Translations under genes and position numbers: made by a program | DNA from: the human T2T-CHM13v2.0 reference genome, Homo sapiens | Length of the DNA: 64,000 nucleotides | Reading direction: 5' to 3' (one strand) | Assembly: GCF_009914755.1 (NCBI RefSeq) | Contig: NC_060925.1 | Notes under the pieces: model-generated | The model's input: the letters and a program-made list of their open reading frames with translations, nothing else | Told to the model about the DNA's origin: nothing | The model's database searches: none | Shown here: in pieces, positions 55,496-64,000 of the stretch | How the letters are laid out: each line of letters begins with the position of its first letter | Position numbering within the stretch: the first letter of the stretch is position 1

Positions 55496-56459
55496 TCACA
55501 TATTTGATTTGGTCTAGGCTATCTTAACAAAATACAAAATGCTTTGTAAAGTCTACATTTTATTATTGCATTTGCTATTTTTAGCTCTTTATGTCTGAGC
55601 AATTGTTTAATGCCTGTGCCTGAGAATCTTTTTCTCAACAGGGGAACTGCGGGGGAGATTCCAGAAGTTCCTTTTAGAGTTGTTGTTTCACTGTATCAGT
55701 GCATCGGTGACTGAGAAGGAAGTATTTGCTTTTGTGTGGCAGCGCAGTAAATTCGCAGAACACAGTTCCAAGAAGCCCAAGGCACTAGCAAGAATGATAG
55801 GTCACCATCTCCATTATCTGTCGGTGGTGGATATGGAAGATAGCATTCTATATTAACTTTTGAGAAAGAGAAAGTTAGGCAAGAAGAGATTGCTGAAATA
55901 GATCGTCTGTGATTGCTGAGGTTGAAAGTTTTTTATTCTTGGCCAAGGAATGTATCTTTTGGGTTTAACATCACTTTAGGAGTCAGACAGCCTTGAATGT
56001 TAGACTGAGCTTTGCATTTTTTAGGTCATGACTTTAGGCAGATTCCCTGAGCCTCAGATTCATCATCTGTGAAAGAAAGATAAGACTAATACCAATTTAT
56101 CCAGGCTAAAAATATATATAAAAATATATTTTTTCAAACATACACATTCAAAAGTAATGACCATATTTTTAAATGCTATCCTACGTTGTGTCAAGGGCAC
56201 CAGTTTCTAACTTAGAGACATTTGCAATTTTGAGCAGTGTCTTCTGAGGCCACTGGGTATCTCTAGAAAGCTTGAAGTTTAGGAGTAAACAGAAAAAAGC
56301 TTGTGAACATGCTTTATAAACTGTAAAGATTTGTAAATATATAAAATCATTATAATGGCTCCTCTCTCTGAACTCAACTTCCACTGGATACATGGCATAT
56401 ACTTTTGCATGTATCAACTTAGTTCAAATCAATAAAAAACATTTTTGGACTCCTGGTAA

Positions 56460-56870
56460 GTCCAAACATTTATTCATTAAAAAAATTATTAGGGACCTAA
56501 ATGTACACTGTTTTAGGCACTGGAGATTGGACAAGAAACAAAACAGATGAAACCTTTGCCCGTGGAGCTTGTATTTGTAGAGGTGACATATGTGGATCAC
56601 ACATAGGTAGGATGTTTCATAATAATATAGAGAAAAATAAAGTCTAGGCAAATGGCTAGAGAATGGTGGAGGCTTGCTACTTTAGATGGAATTGTCCAAA
56701 AGCCTTCTTTGAAGAGGGAAAAAACTGAGCAAAGACTTGAATGAAAGAAAGAAACCAGCCATACATCTGTCTAGAAAAACTGAGTTATTGGCAGAGAGAA
56801 CAAAAAGTCAAAGGCCTTGAAATGAGGATGTGTGCCTGGTATGTTTGCAAAATGGCAGGAAAGCTATGGT
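56460..56870 (-). mobile_element. L2 3' fragment
   Basis: 'cattt attcattaaaaaaattattag..ctgttttaggcactggag..ggagcttgtatt'. Confidence 0.65.
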
Positions 56871-57439
56871 AAACCATACAAATTATTGGGTTTTCCATGT
56901 AATCCATTGTCTCTTTGAGAGACGATATCTATTATAATATTATAATTTTATAGCTCCTCTTTTATAGGTGTTCATAATAAGAATAAAGATAATAATTAGT
57001 ACTTTTTGAGTACTTGCCATGTGCTATATTTGTCCTTACAACCCTCCCAAATAAATATAATTATCCACCATTATACAGAGACTCTAAATAGCTTTCCTAA
57101 GGTAGCATATTCAATAAGTTGGTGAGGCAACGGTTTGTCTTATTTCAAGTGCAGGGTGCATAATAACTCAATGGGAAGACAGATGAGTGAAAAATGCGTA
57201 GTAATGTCAGAGGGCTTATGAAAGGTACCTAGGGAAGGTGTCACGAAGTTACTTAGGGAAGGTGTCATGTTATGCCATAGAGGATCAGTTCCTTAAGGAA
57301 GGAGAAGATGGATTGGGAGTGGAGAGAGAATTTCCTGCGAGAAACAAAGGCATGAAGGCTTGAAAGAGCATGGGGTACATACGCAGTAAATAACAAACAG
57401 TTAAGTGCGGCTGAAGAGTCTGTAGCATGCGATTTAACA

Positions 57440-57804
57440 CAGATGCTTCTCCACTTATAATGAGATTACAACCTGATAAACCCATTATAAGTTGAAAATA
57501 TTGTTAGTCGAAAATGCACTTAATATACGTAACCCACAGAGCATCATAGCTTAGCCCAGCTTACCTTACATGTGCTTAGAACATTTACTTTAGCCTACGG
57601 TTGGGCAAAATCATCTACCACAAAGCCTATTTTATAATAAAGTATTGAATATCTCATGTAATTGATTGAATACTGCACTGAAGTGAAAAACAGAATAATT
57701 GTATGGGTACTCAAAGTAAGGTTTCTACAGAATGTGCATCCCTTTCACAACTTCCTAAGGTCAAAAAGGGGTCAGTTGAACCATTGTAAGTTGGGGACCA
57801 TCTG
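57440..57804. mobile_element. MER47A (TcMar-Tigger) complete element
   Basis: TIRs cagatgcttctccacttataatg / cattgtaagttggggaccatctg; the internal sequence matches recalled MER47A. Confidence 0.88.
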
Positions 57805-58411
57805 CAGACATGCTCAGGTGCTACTTTGCCAGGCAGGGTCTGCTACTGTAACATAAGACACCTCCCAGCCATGGCTGATTGGACAGAGGTGGAACTCTGA
57901 CCCACAGGTAGCAGAATCCACTGTTTTACTAGGGACATAGGATGTGTGTGGCTTGACTCAAGCAGCTGAGGTGACTGAATCAGATTCTGACTTTCAAAAC
58001 ATTGAAGCAAGGATGCAGAAACTGTTGCTAGTCCATGAAGGGCCCTGGGATAGGGAGATTATCCAAATTTGGGTGGCTCAAGAGGTCATTGGGCCATGGG
58101 AAAGCTGATTAGGAAGCTATCTACAGAAAGAGAAAAATGGAACAAGTACAGAGAGAAGCAAAGATGGAATATTATGAAACCTCGGAGAGAAATGGAGAGC
58201 AGCAGATCCTCAGTTTCTGTTGCATTTCCAGTTCTTTAGGCCTCACGAGGCAGGTCTATGTCCTGTCCTAGATCCCAGAGATCTTTCTATCCCAAAATTA
58301 GGGGGGCCATGTAATTTAGATCCAAAATGGCACTCTTTTGAAAGTGAAAGTGGCTGCTATTAATAATTACAGACGAAAACCTCCAAATCACTGGGAAAAC
58401 TGGGTTGTATG

Positions 58412-58621
58412 TGGTGGTGGGCTAGGAAGTATTTAACAACTGGGTCCCCAGGAAACAACAGCAACAACAAGCCAGAATTTGATTGGTAGTGTTTGTCGAT
58501 TTCCATGTTGTAAATACTCTCACCATAGCTGATTTCCAGCTACCAACTGGCTTGGAAAATTCCTGAAAATTTAATAATCACCTTTCTCAAGATGCGACAA
58601 GTCAGCTCCCGTACACCACTG
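58412..58621. mobile_element. MER63A-type hAT element
   Basis: 'catagctgatttccagctaccaac..aaaattcctgaaaatttaataatc..acaccactg'. Confidence 0.7.
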
Positions 58622-61244
58622 GATGCATACTGCCTTACCTAAAGTACTCTCCTTCTATACTAACCCCCTGCCCCCACCTTTATTTTTACTTGGGTTTTGT
58701 GAGTTTATTTGAACCTTGCAACTCCAAAAGCACCGATTAGAACAGTAGTGCGTTTGGCCCTGCGACTGCAGGCAGTGGGAGGCCTGCCTACAAGCCTGCC
58801 CTCCAGCTCCTTGAAGAGAGAGACTATTTTAAACTTCCCTTTCCTCCCCAGCATGCCCAGCACAGCGAGGAGAATGTCGCAGCTGTCAGTAAATGCCTAC
58901 TGCATTAATGCTTGAGGTGTCCCTCATTGCACCCCTGCAGCAAGGTTGGCCAGCTGTGATTTACAATTTGCCTGTCAGCAGTGGGAAAGTAACTTTGTGA
59001 CAGCAGCAAACACCAGCTTCTCAGAGGATTTTGAGACCTGGGTTCTGACATTTTTACCTAGATGTGATTGTTGTCAGCTTATCATCCCCTGTCAAGTTCT
59101 AGGCTTCCTTGAGCAGAAAATGAAGTTTATTAACTCAGTTATGGGATGCTCTGACTCTTTAGCCACATGGGTGCTAACTGCTTGATCAGTGCCTCTCCTT
59201 AGTGTGTTCACATTGGCCTGAGGCGAGCCCTGTCACACTCATTCTTCCTTCTTCAAATAACACAATCATTGCCTTCCAAAAAGCAGAATCATCCATCCTG
59301 TTTTAGAAACAAACTGGTTACCCAAACTAATTAGCTGAGCTTGGACTGTACAAATACCTTTTTACCTGGAATCCAGGTTTTTCTTTACATTTTCCTCTCT
59401 TTTATCCCTATTTATGCTTGTATGTAAAAATCTTTATACATTTGCAGAAACTGGTAAATTATCAGAAGAATTTGGTTTCTGTCAGCTTTCCTAAAAGCAA
59501 TTATTTTCCCTGTTTCTGAGAAGTGATAAGAATAAAAAATATTTCCTCTGAACTTTCTGAATATATTATTGTTAAATGATTGATATAACACTTACACTGA
59601 GAAAAAAATTTATTCCAGGTCAGGCACATGGGTGAGCTGACACACACATATACTTTCTTCTCTAGCAGTTCTCGGGTGAAAGAGAATCAGGTGAAATGAG
59701 AATTCTACGCTTGTACTAATACTGTCTTTTAAAGTTGTTTATTTACAAAAGTCTTCCCAGGTTACATGCCAAGCAATAAAACGGTTAAACAATTAAAAGG
59801 TTTCCAAGACAACTTATTGCAAAGTACCATAAAAAGTCAGCTATGATATCACACTTGTAATTGAAGACTCTAAGTCTCAGCTTTCAGTAAGCATGCATTA
59901 GTATCAAGAAGGTCAAGATTCATGGATTCTGGTATTTTTGGTTATGGCAAGAGAAATTAACTTTTATAAACCATAGTGTGAAAATCAATTCACCACAAAA
60001 CTCTGTGTGTTTACAATGTGTCCATTAATGTCCTGGCTAATGTAAAATGATGAGGACATGAGTCTAAGTAATAGATGTTCATAAAGTGGAATATATAGAG
60101 ATGTTTCTAGAGCATTATTTAAATTTTGAAAAAGAATAACAATTCTACATCTCCAGTAAGTGAGCATGATTTAATTTGGACAGATAGTGAACTGCTATCT
60201 GACCATTTAAAACCATGTTGTAGAAGAATATTTGCTGCTGTGAAAAGATATTCAGAATATATTGCTAAGTGGTGAATTCAGCTACAAAACACTATAATAA
60301 CAATTTTTGCATATTGTGTATGTGCATGTGTGTGTGTGTATTACATATAGGACTAGAAAAATATAATAATTTAACAGTGGTTATATCTGGGGAGAGTGAT
60401 TAAGTCATATTGCTCTATTTGCCTATTTGCATTTTTCACTGTGCTGTTTTTACTGTTGAAGCACGCTCGGCTGTTTTAGTTACAGGAGAACTTATTCTCA
60501 TGAGTGTACTGAATTTTGAAGGGGATAGAATCTTACACAATTAACTAAAATGAGACATATATATGTGCCAAATGTATGGTGTAGGGACCTGTAATTCATT
60601 ACATTCCTGCCCTTTTATTTAGGGACAGGTTTTAGAAAGGTGAGTGGGGGTAACCTAGAGGAGTGAAAACACCTTGGGTAACATGAATTGATGCCTGCTT
60701 AAAGAGTTAAGGCATTTCCTCCCCCCGCCATGGAAAAGGAGAACAAAGCTTTTACTGTACGATTAATTAGAATTCAGCTTTGCATAGTCTGTGGTTACAA
60801 ACTTCAGTGAAATTGGTGCAGGATCCTATTCTCAAAGGGTTACAAAGCACATATTGTTGTCAAAGTACCCAGTACAGAAAGATAGCATCCTCAGAATAAA
60901 AATTAAGTACATTTTATATGAAGCGATCCACATTAGACACTTTCATAGGTTTAAATATTAAACAGTGGTGAACAGTTCCAGGAATCTTGTGATTTTTTTT
61001 TTTCATAAAATGAATGCCCTTATTTCCCAGAAATCCAAGACTTAACATTTCTTAACAGCTTATCTGATGGGAACAAACCCAAACTGGCATGTAAATATTA
61101 TCAACCAGGAGGGTTTCCAATTAATAGATCAAGGTAAAACAAAAATTACATTTTATTCAACTTTTGCCACTAGTGCTTAGCACAGTGCATAGCGTATTAT
61201 TGGCACTCAACAAAAACATGCATATTTTTCTTTAAGACTGTTGA

Positions 61245-63500
61245 ATAAACAGAACCAACGACAAAAATCACGTGATTATCTCAATAGATGCAGAAAAGGC
61301 CTGCAACAAAATTCAACACCCCTTCATGCTAAAAGCTCTCAGTAAACTACGTATTGATGGAACATATCTCAAAATAATGAAAGCTATTTATGACAAACCC
61401 ACATCCAGTATCATACTGAATGGGTAAAAGCTACAAGCATTCCCTTTTAAAACTAGCACAAGGAAAGGATGCCCTCTCTCACCACTCTTATTCAACATAG
61501 TATTGGAAGTTCTGGCCAGGGCAATCAGGCAAGAGAAAGAAATAAAGGGTATTCAAATAGGAAGAGAGGAAGTCAAATTGTCTCTGTCTGCAGATGACAT
61601 GATTGTATATTTAGAAAACCCCATCATCTCAGGCCAAAATCTCCTTAAGCTGATAAGCAACTTCAGCAAAGTCTCAGGATATAAAATCAATGTGCAAAAA
61701 TCACAAGCATTCCTATACACCAATAATAGACAAACAGAGAGCCAAATCATGAGTGAACTCCCATTCACAATTGCTACAAAGAGAATAAAATACATAAGAA
61801 TACAACTTACAAGGTACGTGAAGGACCTCTTCAAGGAGAATTACAAACCACTGCTCAAGGAAATAAGAGGGGACAAAAACAAAAGGAAAAACATTCCGTC
61901 CTCATGGATAGAAGAATCAATATCATGAAAATGGCCATACTGACCAAAGTAATTTACAGATTCAATGCTATTCCCATCAAGCTACCAGTGACTTTCCTCA
62001 CAGAATTAGAAAAAATTACTTTAAATTTTACATGGAACCAAAAAAGAGCTCGTATAGCCAAGACAATCCTAAGCAAAAAGAACAAAGCTGGAGGCATCAC
62101 GCTACCTGACTTCAAACTATACTACAAGGTTACAGTAACCAAAACAGCATGATACTGGTACCAAAACAGATATATAGACCAATGGAATAGAACAGAGGCC
62201 TCAGAAATAATGCCATAATCCGATCTTTGACAAATCTGACAAAAACAAACGATGGGGAAAAGATTCCCTATTTAATAAATGGTGTTGGGAAAACAGGCTA
62301 GCCATATGGAGAAAGCTGAAACTGGATCCCTTCCTTAAACCTTATATAAAAATTAACTCAAGATGGATTAAAGACTTAAACATAAGATCTAAAACCATAA
62401 AAACCCTAGAAGAAAACCTAGGCAATACCATTCAGGACATAGGCATGGGCAAAGACTTCATGACTAAAACACCAAAAGCAATGGCAACAAAAGCCAAAAT
62501 TGACAAATGGGATCTAATTAAACTAAAGAGCTTCTGCACAGCAAAAGAAACTATCATCAGTGTGAACAGGCAACCTACAGAATGGGAGAAAATTTTTGCA
62601 ATCTATCCATCTGACAAAAGGCTAATATCCAGAATCTACAAAGAACTTAAACAAATTTACAAGAAAAAAAACAATCCCATCAAAAAGTAGGTGAAGGATA
62701 TAAACAGACACTTCTCAAAAGAAGACATTTATACAGCCAACACGCATATGAAAAAGAGCTCATCATCACTGGTCATTAGAGCAATGCAAATCAAAACCAC
62801 AATGAGATACCATCTCACACCAGTTAGAATGGCAATCATTAAAAAGTCAGGAAACAGCAAGTTGCTGGAGAGGATGTGGAGAAATAGGAATGCTTTTACA
62901 CTGTTGGTGAGAGTGTAAATTAGTTCAACCATTGTGGAAGACAGTGTAGCAATTCCTCAAGGATCTAGAACTAGAAATACCATCTGAACCAGCAATACCC
63001 AAAGGATTATAAATCATTCTACTATAAAGACACATGCACACGTATGTTTATTGCAGCACTGTTCACAATAGCAAAGACTTGAAACCAACCCAAATGCCCA
63101 TCAGTGATAGATTGGATAAAGAAAATGTGGCTCATATACACCATGGAATACTACGCAGCCATAAAAAAGGATGAGTTCATGTCCTTTGCAGGTACATGGA
63201 TGAAGCTGGAAACCATCATTCTCAGCAAACAAACACAGGAACAGAAAACCAAACACTGCATGTTCTCACTCATAAGTGGGAGTTGAACGATGAAAACACA
63301 TGGACACAGGGAGGGGAACATCACACACCAGGGCCTTTCGAGGGGTGAGGGGCTGGGGGAGAGATAACATTAGGAGAAATACTAATGTAGATAATGGGTT
63401 GATGGGTGCAACAAACCACCATGGCATGTGTATACCTATGTAACAAACCTGCATGTTCTGAACATGTATCCTAGAACTTAAAGTATAATTTAAAAAAAGA
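61245..63500 (+). mobile_element. 5'-truncated L1PA (L1PA7/8-like): ORF2 RT and C-terminal part plus 3' UTR; broken ORF2
   Basis: ORF-track pieces '[31 protein letters not shown]', '[18 protein letters not shown]', 'YTMEYYAAIKKDEFMSFAGTWMKLE'; L1PA 3' UTR and A tail; TSD 61212-61227 / 63501-63516. Confidence 0.95.
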
Positions 63501-64000
63501 AAAAAAATGCATACTTGATTGAGCTAGAAAATGTGCTTGTCTGGAGGTCTCTAATCTGTGTTGCTAATACATAGAATGACATAATAGAAAGACTATGGAC
63601 CGAGAAACCAATACTCAGACCAGCTGCGATTGAGTTCTAACGCCAGCTCTTCTGTTAACTCAGTGTATGGGTTCTTCTCCTTGTGGCTCCATTTACCCAT
63701 TTGTTAAAAAGAGGATTGGACTAGATTAACTCTAATGAGAGTATCTTTCAGATCAGAATACCTAAGGGTTTCTTTTCTTTCTCTATTGCCAAAGCTCATG
63801 TATTTATTAATGTATTCCACAGATGCTTATTGAATGTCTTCTCTGTATGTCAGGCATTGTGCTATGTCATGCAGAACAGGCCTGTAAACAAGGCACACAC
63901 AGTCCCTGGCCTTGGGGTCCCTTCCTCCAGTGAGAAAGTTGTGTTCCCTCCTACTGGGTTGACTATAATTTTTTTTTTTAATTCACTCATTGTTTAAAGC

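Noticed and set aside
61503-63286. Several ORFs with strong protein-like sequence (RT motif SADD and others)
   Set aside because: Fragments of a 5'-truncated L1PA ORF2 broken by stops and frameshifts; not a gene.

Overview
Human genomic DNA from the 5' part of PDE4B (cAMP-specific phosphodiesterase 4B, + strand). It holds two coding exons for the unique N-terminal region of the long isoform PDE4B1. The first exon is 8704-8815, with the ATG at 8774 (MKKSRSVMTVMADD); the second is 14056-14294 (NVKDYFECSLSK...TTVSQE-C). The rest is intron dense in transposable elements: Alus including two AluYa5, several L1s, L2/MIR, two class III (ERV-L-type) proviral remnants, MaLR LTRs and DNA transposons. 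Nearly all short ORFs in the track are repeat-derived or chance. I found no unambiguous new biological system. Best leads: (1) back-splicing of the two exons gives a 351-nt circle whose native ATG encodes a 95-aa PDE4B1 N-terminal micro-protein; (2) a ~290-bp local segment is copied in inverted orientation into the 3' UTR of a neighbouring L1MA; (3) a 302-codon HERV-L gag (Fv1-homologous) frame lies antisense to PDE4B; (4) two near-identical AluYa5 sit 3.1 kb apart and form inverted pairs across the second exon; (5) an L1PA carries a ~23-nt twin-priming inversion. Repeat subfamily names come from recalled consensus sequences. Repeat boundaries are approximate unless TSDs are given.
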